64,000 bases of DNA, taken from NCBI GenBank assembly GCA_051942245.1, contig JAVECL010000027.1, positions 1 to 64,000 on the forward strand, given 5' to 3'. Positions 25,461 to 37,180 of this stretch are shown one piece after another. Source of the DNA: Trypethelium eluteriae (Eukaryota). Made by a program: the position numbers and the translations under genes. The notes under the pieces are model-generated. The model made no database searches. It was not told the DNA's origin and saw nothing but the letters and a program-made list of their open reading frames with translations. The first letter of the stretch is position 1. The number at the start of each line of letters is the position of its first letter.

Positions 25461-27594
25461 GGTCGATGCTGTAACGAGGGTAGCCCCGACAGATTCAAAG
25501 TGTAAAAGAAGATTTGGTGACCGAGTTGACCTCTCAAAGCCTTTTACCCATTCATGGTACGGAGTACAGAATAAATAGTTCGAGGCAGGTCGAGCTTGCA
25601 AGCACGCGAGAGGGTCACGATGGAGATGCAGATGATGAGGTGAAAGGCAGTGCTCTTAGACAGGCCCTACCTTATCGTGGTTAGGATCCGGGGATAAGCC
25701 TATCAAACAGCGTCCGCCGTTGATTGGCTAGATTCTCTCGATCTCATCCCCATCCACGCCGAGAGATCACAAAGGAGGACAATCATCCCACGATGACTTT
25801 TTTGTTTATTTGTTTCTTATGATACTCGTTTAAGTATTTCGGCGTTGGACGCTTAGTATTAGTGAAATGTATCAAAGGCTTTCAGCGACTGACACCTTGG
25901 AAGGTTTGAACTCGATAACATTATGTTACAACCAACAGGCTAGATTGCGACTCGTTCAACTTCGAGTATTCAGCTGTATAGATTCCCTTGCTGCATTATG
26001 CAGTTTTCCATGTATTTCATAAGCTCTCTCAACCAGGTCAACGTCGGCACCGATCCTGGGGCTTCAGCTGTGGTATATTGATACCATTTCACTGGCTTTC
26101 AGCACCTTCATAAGCGAAGGCTGCGCGCCTGTTCTTCGGTGCTTCTTGTGAAACATCTGAGATAAAATGTTTCTAATTCGAATCCAATATTGTTGGACAG
26201 GCTGGAACCCTTTATCATGCAGATCTTCAAGACGATCACCGGTAATCTCCTAGCCACGTTCAGCCCAAAAGCTTTTGCAAAATACGCAACGGAGGTCTAC
26301 CCATCTGTAGGACAGAGAGATAACGAAGTCAAAATCAGTTCACGCCGTTTAACTTACACGAAAGCGCAAGCCGGATATCATAGAGCACAACCCAATAGTA
26401 GGAGCTCTCCCCGATTGAAAATGCTGTAAAACTAACGAATCCTAGAAAATTGGGCACCAAATATCAAAGATCAATCAGGCATGTTAAATAAAGAACAATG
26501 TGCCTCACAACCAAGTTCCCCTTTGATCAGAAGCTCCTCCGGATGATGCGTTGGGCTCCCTACAAACGAAGATATCCTTAGATGGCGTCACTGTCTTCGA
26601 GGAATTGACGGAGGACGAAGCTACAAACTAAACCGCCTCCTCAGAAGAGGCCAAAAAACTGATCGACTAATATGTAGGACAGACGCTCAATTCATGGGTT
26701 TTCATGCTGATGGATTCCTTAGCATTACTATTTTGCAGGCTTCGGGGCCAGTAGTCCATCCGATCCTGTGACCGATTCCCAAAAGAAAGTCATCTTTGGA
26801 GATGTCGATTTGTTGACAGTTCCTAGCCCGCGAGGCCAGAGCAATACCGACACAGCTTCGAAAATGTAGTTCTCTGAAAACCTTGGTAGCTCACGCAAAC
26901 ACCTGGATTTGGTAAGAGCATCTCCTCCTTCTGCATGGGTGTCCTCATATAAAAGAGTGTCCTTTGCTCTGATTCGAAAGGACCTTACCCTACATTCAAG
27001 GACGTTCATCACGTGTTTATACCGTCCCTTGCTTCGAGACACAAAGGATTCCCTTGGCCCACACCTGTTGTTACTGTGTGTTCATGTTTTGTGTGTGTTG
27101 ATTGTGAGACATCGCAAAAAATGGTCTCAAGCCAATCGTAGCTGCTCACCCGTCCGACCACCTGTCTACGGCCTTGGTGAGAAATGTAGATTATCTTGTA
27201 GAAGAGGGTCATATGCAACAAAGGGAAAGTCACGATTGAAGCAACATGCCACTGGATAGTTTAGACGCAGCCTTTTCCCAACGCGCGTAGACAATGCAGG
27301 AAAATTCTACGGTGTTATTCGAGCGAACAGGTCATGAGACAGATTAATGCACTTGATAAACGGTGATGATGGGGGAACAATGAGGCTCGGAGATAGCTCA
27401 AGCTCAGCTTCATAGGCACTAATCACAACAAACAGTTTTCCCACGTCACACGCTACCAAACGGCTTTTGCACGTAGTTAAAACATCTCCATCCCCACGAA
27501 AGCATAGAAAAGTACCTAGAGGTCGCGATTGTGACCGCAAGAAGACTTCTCGTTCCATTCCCCGAGAAAATCCCGTCATTCTACAAAGCCGAGA

Positions 27595-28518
27595 ATGTCC
27601 TTCTCAAAGCCCTTCGAATTCCTCAACCTGCCGCAGGAGATCCGATGCATCATATACGATATGATCGAAGACGAAGACGATGGCGAGGACGATGGCGAGG
27701 ACTACACCCTTTTGGTAGAGACGATTACTTCGGGATATTGGGGGACTCCCACACTCTTCCACTTGGCAAAAACATGCACGCAAATCCGAGCTGAAATCAT
27801 GCATCAGCTGGTCTATAGACCATGCGTCTTTGTCCTGAAGGAGTATCCATACTCGGAACATCTGGACCCATCCTCTCCCATCAATCACAGTCCCGTTCGA
27901 CAATTCCTCAACGAGCTCTGCGAAACCGATAAACGCGAATTCGTTTCATGTCAAATACGTGTACGCGCTGACCCGTTCGCTGTCGCAAGTGGAGCTGTCG
28001 AACAGTTGCTGGACGAGATCCCAAATGCATCATATTTTATCACTGTAGCCTCGAATTTGGCGACTCGTCCCAGAGATATGAAGATTCTGGACACGGCAAT
28101 AGAGGCAATTGAGAAGATTTTCCAGCATTATAGCCAGACCGGAGAGTCGATTCCAAACGAAGAGGAGATTCTAAGTCGGTTGAACGACAAAGTTCTATCT
28201 ATTAATGACGAGCTCGTGGATATAGAAACCGCGTACGAAGTGACGGAGATGTCTGCAAGTATTCTGATGATGATCCACAATTGGAGGGCTCGCCTCGGCG
28301 GGGATGTTGAATACGGCCTCTGCGAACTTCGTGACCAGGGTTGGGATGTGACTGAAGTCGATATAGCTTCCATGGGAGAAGCATTCGAGAAGCCGAGTTA
28401 CCGACGGACAGATAAACCAGCGGCGAGGTTCGCATTTCCTATCAGGATTCAACGGGATAGCGACGGCTGCGATATAGAGACCCATATTTATTTTCCGTCA
28501 CACGACTTCTCAGTCTAG
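27595..28518 (+). CDS. F-box-like hypothetical protein
   Basis: 307-aa ORF starting PFEFLNLPQEIRCIIYD, a typical fungal F-box-like motif. Confidence 0.65.
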   Translation: MSFSKPFEFLNLPQEIRCIIYDMIEDEDDGEDDGEDYTLLVETITSGYWGTPTLFHLAKTCTQIRAEIMHQLVYRPCVFVLKEYPYSEHLDPSSPINHSPVRQFLNELCETDKREFVSCQIRVRADPFAVASGAVEQLLDEIPNASYFITVASNLATRPRDMKILDTAIEAIEKIFQHYSQTGESIPNEEEILSRLNDKVLSINDELVDIETAYEVTEMSASILMMIHNWRARLGGDVEYGLCELRDQGWDVTEVDIASMGEAFEKPSYRRTDKPAARFAFPIRIQRDSDGCDIETHIYFPSHDFSV

Positions 28519-28921
28519 TTGCAAAGTACAGTAGATGGGTCTGAATCGGATGGAAGCGAAGCAACTACGCTATCAGTGGGTGGCAGAATTCAAGAACCAT
28601 CGGGCAGCCGCGATTTCGCTTGGAGACTCACGGCTTTTATGGAAGCGGAGATAGGCTCACCGTTTATAAATAGCTTGCTTGTTTACTCATTTGGCTGTTT
28701 TCTTCTCCCTCATTCTTTGGCCTTTTCTCTCGTTTTTGGTCCTTGCAATCCCTTGTTGGAGTCAATGTTCCTGAAGTTTTTAATGAAGGATGCCACTCGA
28801 TGAAATATAACTTTGACTACATTGTTGTTTAACTGAGCTTGATTCCCTCGTGAGTTCTGACATGCTCTGTTGCGGGTGGACTGCGAGGGGATGGGATGGG
28901 ATGGGTAATGATGAGTTGGAA

Positions 28922-28989
28922 ACGCGATTTCGCTTTCGTCTCGGCTCGCGCCGAATTGGTGCTTGGACCACTCGACATCAACAACGCGA
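28922..28989 (+). promoter_or_regulatory. Two MCB-like ACGCGA elements upstream of the Whi5/Nrm1-like gene
   Basis: ACGCGA at 28922 and 28984 with further CGCG cores nearby. Confidence 0.4.
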
Positions 28990-29133
28990 CCCGCCTTTAG
29001 TCATGTATTTATTGTTTGACTGACAGGCGCGGTCGTTTCTTTGTTTAGCTGCTCCCTCCTCGAAATATCCGCTACGAAATTGGGCCTCCTTGGGGCAATA
29101 CATGTCTTCAGTGCAATTGCAATTCTATCAACG

Positions 29134-30597
29134 ATGTCCATAGCAGTCCTCCCTCAACAGTCTCGCCTCTCTAGCTCCCCAGCAATGGGATCTGGGACGC
29201 CTTCCAAGCTCGACGAAAGACGTGTTCTTGGCGATCTATCACCCAATTCAAAGATTGTTTCGAAGACGTCAACTGTTGCCGACTTTCGAAGCTCCAAGGC
29301 ACTATTCGAAGCCGAACATAAAACGCTACAATTATTCCCCTCAGTGGAGCTTTCCACCGCCGCGGATGCCAGCCGCCAGCCAAGTCCTATGCGGATAGGT
29401 CAAAAACGAAGAATTGACCAAGTTGATGGTTATGTCGAATGCCCAGTCCAGGGTGTTAAAAACGTGCGGGATCGTGCAGAAGATGAGATAAAGTCTGCCC
29501 AATCAAGCGATCCTCAAGCCCCACCATGCTCACCAAGTGTCTCTGTACGCTCTCCCTCCCACGAATTCACGCGCGTGCTAACATTTAGCAAGTCTACAAC
29601 AGACGAAGCTGACGCACCCGACGAAGAAGATCTACCGCGTCCCAAGCTCGGGTCCCAGGACTCATCCGTGACCCAAGCATCTTTCTCCTCGTTAATTGAC
29701 TACAATCCGCACAGCGCATCTTCACAGCAAGAGAAGGGACATGAGATAGCAGACACAGAAGATGCCGAAGCCACGCTTGCGAAAACTGTATGTTGAGGTC
29801 TCCTCAAACGACGCGTCGAAACTTCTAGGAAGCAGATTGGATGGTGATACTAACATTCCTATTCTCAGAGAGCCGAAGTTTTGCGTCTTCGACTTCGTGT
29901 TGCAATGTACAAGGTGCAGACCAATCAGATCAACGTCCCCCTATCACGACTCCAACTCAGGTCCTCTCCTGCAACAACACAGCCTAACACTCCCACCCAA
30001 TCTTCGCCTGGCATGATGCCCTCGCCTGCAAAATCCTCGAGGTGGGGCTCGATCCATGAGCCACAATCATCGTCCAAAGTTTCCCACGCGTCGATACGCA
30101 TGCAGACCCCAACACCAAAACCGTCTGCCATATCTCCTATCCTGGGCTCACCACTCAGAATCGCTAGTTCGGGAAAGACCAGCGACATTCGAGAGACGAA
30201 TGGAACCGAGCTTGGGCCGTCGACCGGATCCAGGAATATGTCAAGAATACTTTCTGGGCCGGTGCTGAGGCCTACAGCCTATTCCTCTCGATTCATAGAA
30301 GCCCCCTCTGAGCCAAAGATGGAAAATACGACCAAAGATGTCTCGCAACACAGCCGCTCATCATCGTCCGTTTCCTACGGATCTAGGACGGAAGTTGCCT
30401 CCTCAACAGGCTCGTCTAGCGAAGCATTGCAAAGCCAATCCGCTAGTTCAGGAGTCGGCCAAGCAGATCCCGCAGTAAGTACAGCAGACTTGTTGCTCAA
30501 GCCAGTACAAGACTTTGAAATGACAAACGGGGAGGATACGGCAGTCAACGGGCTACTCGAATTGATGCATGCGAATGTGTCTGGCACAGCGTCATAA
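29134..30597 (+). CDS. Whi5/Nrm1-family G1/S transcription repressor
   Basis: D-box RRVLGDLSPN, Whi5-like motif LRLRLRVAMYKVQTNQ and many S/T-P sites. Intron ~29788-29869, possibly an in-frame intron ~29545-29592. Confidence 0.75.
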
Positions 30598-31248
30598 TAT
30601 GGAAAAGAGCCAGTAGTTTCCCGCTCTCTTCACAAGAAGTCCAGCATTTTGGTCTCGTGTCAGTGTGGAATCTCTTTTACGACTTGCATGTCTTTGCATC
30701 TAGACTTTACGTAGCGGCGGCATTGAGATCTGCATCATTAAGCGACATAGCATGTTCACGCTTTTTTCAGTACTCGACATCTTGACATCAAACTAAAACT
30801 CGTAGCAGTATGACCATGAATGTCCCCTTGATATATTAAAAAATGAACATATCAAAGTCCTATTCGGATTTTCTACTCGCGTTCTCACGTGATACCGTGA
30901 CATCCCCCGCATTCTTCCCGTTGTAACCTATTTCACTAGTCGACGGAATCGATTTGTCCGTCCTGGCGTCCGATCCCTGCAGACCCTGAATATCTCGGGC
31001 GCGCAGAGGGGCAAGGAAGTACATAAATCTACACGGCTCGGCAGATCTAGCCTGAAGGTATCACTTCCAGTGGGTGGGAAAACTCATGCAAATCGTAGTT
31101 TGCATCTTCATCTCGGTAGCCTTCGGGCGCTTCCCGAGGGCGGAAAGGCCAGACATGGATACGAGACATCCTTTAATATGGCATGCGTTTGGCTATATAT
31201 CTTCATCGAGAAGACCTGAAGGATAACGAGGCAATGTTGTGTCCAAAT

Positions 31249-32529
31249 ATGAGGTCTTCCGGTACGTGACTCAGACTGGCTCTGGCTGCCCAAATTGACG
31301 ACCTTTTATCAGCGATCGTAGCTCTCCTCGCCAGCGCGTCATTGGTTTTATGCGCGTCAACTACCACAGCAGCAACGACTGCGTGCACAGTTACGGCATA
31401 TTCCGCTCTCGCGTCGGCTACCGCGTCTTGTACGGATTTGACTCTCGAGAATATTGCCGTGCCCGGAGGCCAGACCCTCGATCTCTCTAAATTGAAGGCA
31501 GGAACAACAGTGAGGTTTGCGGGCACGACAACATTTGGGTATCACGACTGGGATAGTGACTTGATTGATGTTGGCGGCACCAATATCACCGTGACTGCAG
31601 AAGCAGGTGCCATCATCGACGGCAACGGTCAATCTTGGTGGGACGGCCAAGGCTCAAACGGGGGCATTGCCAAGTGTGTCTCCTATCTGAGAGGCTTCGT
31701 CATGTCCCCAAAGACTGACTTCGAATAGGCCGGACCACTTTATCGGCGTCAAGCTGCTCGGCAACTCTGTAATCCAAGGTCTCTACATCCAGAACTACCC
31801 TGTTCACTGTTTCTCCATCAGCAACAGTGCCGGCCTCATCCTTGAGAACATCATTCTCAACAATACTGCCGGTAATGCGCCCAATAACCGTTCCGATGGT
31901 CTACCAGCCGCACACAATACGGATGGCTTCGACATTTCCGGATGCAACAACACCATCCTTCGCGATTCGAGCGTCTACAACCAGGATGACTGTGTTGCCG
32001 TTACTTCAGGAAATGGTATCACTGTCAATGGGATGTATTGCGATGGTGGCCACGGTCTGAGCATCGGCAGCATTGGGGGAAAATCTAACAACAATGTAAC
32101 GAATGTCTTGTTCGAGAACAGCGTCATCTTGAACAGCCAAAATGGTGCAAGGATAAAGACGAACTACAATACCACTGGTTACGTAGCTGGGTAATCTGCT
32201 TTTGCCCCGATCACTCTTTGCTAAGTGTGCTAATCAATACAAACAGCATCGCTTACCAGAATATTACCGTCAGCAACATCTCCAACTACGGCATTGACAT
32301 CCAACAGGATTACCTGAATGGTGGACCCACTGGCACTCCCAGCAGCGGCGTTATCATTACAAACATCACCATGACTGATATCCACGGGACGGCAGAGTCC
32401 AGCGCGAAGGACTACTACATTCTATGTGGCTCGGGAAGCTGCTCAGACTTTACATTCAATGATATAAATATCACTGGTGGCACGAATGATAGCTGTAACG
32501 TGCAGCCAACGGGGGACTTCATGTGCTAG
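31249..32529 (+). CDS. Secreted endo-polygalacturonase (GH28)
   Basis: Signal peptide after intron 31262-31312. Catalytic motifs HNTDGFD, NQDD, GHG and RIK. Further introns ~31675-31728 and ~32191-32247. Confidence 0.93.
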
Positions 32530-34520
32530 ATACTAGGTGAAGAGCTGAACAACGTCCCTTTATATGAAGTCATAATGATGTACGATGGTACGATGGCCCA
32601 CTTTGAAAACGTTACTAAGCTGTCTTGAATGCCAGGCCCTTCGTTCGTTGTCCTATTCTGGAACCAATGAATTGGAAAGCATTTCCAAACCGTTAGCCAT
32701 TGAGTTCCTCACCTTTAGCGGCACTGAAGTGCATTTGATTCCCAGGCCAGCCCAGTAGACTTTGTTTGACACTTTGTTTCTACTTTCCTCGTCATCTCAA
32801 TGAAAATGTCATTCGTGAAGAGCCGTAAACTCATTTGTCAAAATTTCCCCGATCTTTTCGTCCCTGGGAGCATTCGGTTCAAGTACGGCACCGATAGTAC
32901 TTACGCTCCATCATCTCAACGCTAATCTTTCATAAACATGGGGTTGCTTTTTTCCGATAAAGCGCTGGCCGCTACTTAAAGGCACTGTACGGCCTGGGTC
33001 CTCCAGCGACCCTGGATTCAGTAACGCTACTACCGTCATCCCCGTTTCTGAGTACACTACCATCTCTGGTCACCCGCCCTGATATGACGCAGAAGCGGGT
33101 AGAAGCTTGCTCTTACAGCTATGTTTGGAGCCCGTGGCATATCAAGAGATCCTGCAGCGCCCTAACAAGACAATCGGCATGCCAATAGCACGGGACCGGG
33201 TGAGGGGACTCAGCACGCGAGCGCTGAATGACTAGCAGACACAAGCATGCCCATCGATCCTTATGCGTGGGGTATATATAGGAAAAATGTGCTTTTGCCG
33301 TTTTCTTTTGTGGATCTGAGGCGGCTTGGCTAGCATTAGCCATGAAAAAGTGGAGGGCACGTTCAGTCACTGTGGGACGCGGTTATGAGCTCTGAACAAC
33401 GACTATGCCGATCCTTAGACTTCTCGCCCCCAGTAGCAGGTAGGCTAGGTGACCGAAATTCTAAAATATGTGATATCACATAATAGATGCCAAGGTTCTC
33501 TAGTGACAATACCGTCCTTTGCTAGAGATACTACCATCATTGCGTTCTTTAAGCTCAACACACGGTGTCCACCGGGATGAGAATTAAAGTTTCGTGACGA
33601 GATTCTAGCGAAAGCGGGACGCCCAATGTCCAGGATCCAATGGGACATGGCGGGGTGCTCTACGTTCGAAGCTTCTCTAACCGCTTCTTGTTGTGACACC
33701 TCTCTTATCTCAGACACAGGATACACGAAAATCATCCTAGTCACGCTCAGTGTTCTCGGGCTATTGTGTGACTACTTCTCCCAAGATATCAAGTGTAATG
33801 CTCCGACACGATGCGCTGGGATAGCTTTTTTCGGTCCTGACGCGGGGAATCCCTTCTCGCATAGAAGCTAAGTGCCATTTATCTCCTCGTCTTGTCGCCT
33901 CGTGGCCAAGGGCTCGAATATAACTACACAGTCTGCGTCGTGGGAAATATTTAATATATGACAACGCGGGATTCGAGATTATTCGGGTTCGACGGAATTG
34001 GGGTTGTATATCTGACTATCGAAGCTTGACAGCCGCCAGCCTGCGCATACCATCAAACGGATCATCCATTCAGCCATGGCGGAAGAATTTTTGATTCGGG
34101 CCTGGTGGACCATGTGCATTTGCTCACATAAATCAGTTCTCTTCTAGTCGGATCGATTAGTGAGAAAATCTGCGGTATTTCGGTCCGGCCCCCTGCGAGC
34201 CATGGAATTATGTACTTATGTACAAAGGTGCGGCAATGCACGCTGATTGGCTCGATGGGCAAGCTCGGCAGCTTGCACTTTCAGACGAGTCGCAAAATGA
34301 ACTAGTGAACTTCCCACTTTACGGGAAAGGATCTATTCACCCCGATAGAGCCTGAATCGGACTGCCTATGGAGAAAATGAAAATTCCGGGGCAAAGGGAA
34401 CAAGTCTCCACAATGAGGAAAAGATATAAGGCGGCTCCATTTTCCACCAGGCGCGCGATGTAAGATAGATAGCATAAGGCTCCTTGCGTCCAGTACTATT
34501 GTATTACCTGTGTCTTTGAG

Positions 34521-35603
34521 ATGGTCAACTTACATGTATCTGCTCTGGTTTTGACCTTGGCTACTCTTAGCCATACCCAGGCCACTCGATTTCTCGGACG
34601 CGTCGATCCTACCACGAAACAGCTGACCTGGCCAGGTACTGGTATAGCCTTCAATTTCACTGGGACCCAGGCCGTCATCAATTTTTCAGATGTCTCAGGC
34701 GACAACAGTCTGGCTATGGTCATCGATAACGGGACGCAGATGGTGATATCAAACGTTACAAGCAATAGCATTTCCACCCCAACGCTACAGCAAGGCAGCC
34801 ATAGTGTTGTTCTTCGTAGACGCTCGGAAGCCCTATACGGAACGCTCACATTTGAAAATGTGACTACAACGGGCACACTCGATACGGATTTAGCTCCGGC
34901 TCGTCGAATCGAGTTTATTGGCGATTCGATTACTGTCGGCTACGGCGAAGCTGGTACTTTTCCTTGTACGAACACTGCAGCTGTGGAAGACGCGCCTAAT
35001 ACTTACGGAGCTCTGACGGCTGGTAACCTCTCCGCTGATTACAGCCTCGTGGCTTGGAGTGGCAAAGGATTGATACGTAATTATGTTACCCTGACTCCGG
35101 ATACTAGTCCGATTATGCCGGAGCTCTGGACCCGCTATGGAGCTCTCGATGCTGACAACACGTATACTTTTCCAACAGCTGCGACACCCCAGGCTGTGGT
35201 CATCAACCTTGGCACCAACGACTATTCCTACCAATTAACGAACTCGTCGGGAGCTACCTTTTCTGCGCGGCCGCCTTTGAACAATGTAACATACAAACAA
35301 GCCTATGTCAAATTCATCCAAACCGTTCAATCACACTATCCTCAGGCCAACTTTTTCCTCACTTCCAGTCCTCTGCTCAGTGACACCTATCCGACCACTG
35401 CGGATATGCAGCACACCAGTCAAGCCAATGCCATCAAGGCCGCCATTGCTCAGCTTAACAGCACCAAACTTCACTTCGTGGATTTCCCACCGCAGCCAGG
35501 CACAAATGACACTATCGGGTGCGACTATCATCCAGGACCTTTCGAACATCAAGCAATGGCTGCAATACTGACTCCAGCGATCAGGAGCGTTCTAGGGTGG
35601 TAA
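34521..35603 (+). CDS. Secreted SGNH/GDSL esterase, CE2-like acetyl esterase
   Basis: Signal peptide, N-terminal beta domain, IEFIGDSITVGYG, AWSGKG, INLGTND and CDYHP motifs. Intronless. Confidence 0.88.
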   Translation: MVNLHVSALVLTLATLSHTQATRFLGRVDPTTKQLTWPGTGIAFNFTGTQAVINFSDVSGDNSLAMVIDNGTQMVISNVTSNSISTPTLQQGSHSVVLRRRSEALYGTLTFENVTTTGTLDTDLAPARRIEFIGDSITVGYGEAGTFPCTNTAAVEDAPNTYGALTAGNLSADYSLVAWSGKGLIRNYVTLTPDTSPIMPELWTRYGALDADNTYTFPTAATPQAVVINLGTNDYSYQLTNSSGATFSARPPLNNVTYKQAYVKFIQTVQSHYPQANFFLTSSPLLSDTYPTTADMQHTSQANAIKAAIAQLNSTKLHFVDFPPQPGTNDTIGCDYHPGPFEHQAMAAILTPAIRSVLGW

Positions 35604-37180
35604 TTTAGTCTCACAAGAATTATCAATTCAAGTTAAAAAGAAAGACAAGCATTTTCACGATCAACAAAAACTTAGTAGCCCAAATGAGCGCTAGGACAAT
35701 AAGTAGCTGCTGACTGGGTAAGTTGGGCCCCTTGAGTTGGAAACTGAGACCGTCACCCACAGGCGTAGTAGTCGCTGTAGGAGCATTGCTGAGGCCGCCT
35801 ATAATGAGTGGCATCAAACCGTTGCCTTGCGTATCTACCCGTGTATCTAGTCGCGTGCTGCATTTGGATCTTAGCCTAACCTCTCAGGCGATTGCTGAGC
35901 GCCTGCAACCTGCCAAGTTTGCACCCAGCGTAGGTCGGGGGTTAACTCATTATTGTTCGTTACAGAGCTCGAACGGCACAAATACATCCCCCCCCGGGCG
36001 TCGAGGGAAGCCATATCATGCTCGATCAACGTCTGAGATTGTATGCATTCAACACAGATTCGATGATCGTCCAATCTTATGTCGTCAATGTCTTCTATTT
36101 GAAGTCCTCTTTGTAGGTTCGGCCTCGAAGCCTGGAAAGCAAAAGGTACAACCATATCTATCGTGGAACGGCTGCGATATCGCGCGAAAGTCCTTCCGGC
36201 TGGAATCATCGAGACACTTCAAATCTTCCGTCTTCTTGTCACCCCCTTAACTCTCACCCTTGTGGTCGCAAAACTTTGTCTAAATGCGAGACCAACAGGC
36301 TCGGCTTACTAGAAGCGGCGGGAGGGTATTCGAGCTACGCGGGTGACTAAGGAGTTGAAAATTTGCCCAGGATCTTGCTGGGACCAAGAGAACAATAAGA
36401 CTCGAAAGCGCATGAAGTTATATGTCGGCGTGATAGGATAATTCCTCAGAATGATGCTAAGCATGAATGATGAAAGCTGAGCCAGAAGTGAAGTCGTCTG
36501 CAGGACTTCCGACCATTCTGCTCCCGGGCCGACTCCACTGGACAGCCTCTCTGACGATGCCCCTAAGGTATGAAGGGTATGCTTGAATAGTTTGGCATTG
36601 GCTCCGCCAGCAGAAGGGGAATCAGTCGCGTGGAAAGGAGATTTCATCCCTTTGCAAGAGGCAGCATCTCCGCGTCCAGCCTTCAACTACAACGTATCTG
36701 AATCATGATCGAGTTTGGGAGCAATCACATTAAAAAGTCTGATTCTTTTACATTATTCGGTACTGCGTTCCGGTAATTGAAGGGGTAAGCTACTTTCGTT
36801 TCAGTCGGGACTATATCCCGTTGTCGTGAACGCCCGATCTATCGGGTAAAATACAAATAAATAGATGAGTGCCCGGACGCCGCGCTGCCCACCACCGCAG
36901 GCTATGCAGATGTACTGTGCATTGGAAAATATCGAAGATAGTACTAATAGATGACCACCGATGCAAGCGTGTGTCGCATGTGTTGTTGCCGTTTTTTGAG
37001 AATGAGAATGGTCTTGGAGCGTCTTCTGCGGTGATTGAAGTATCGTCAAGACTCGGTTCCTCGCAGAGAAATCAACGCATCTCGGAATCTATGCCATCGA
37101 AAGGGTACTTTCCACGGCTCGGACACACCTCTTCCTTGCTTTGCTTTGTTTGCAAAGTGCGGCAGCTTTCTCGAGTTCTC

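Noticed and set aside
36825..36845. GAACGCCCGATCT, reminiscent of 5S rRNA
   Set aside because: The match does not extend and there is no internal promoter or 5S stem structure.
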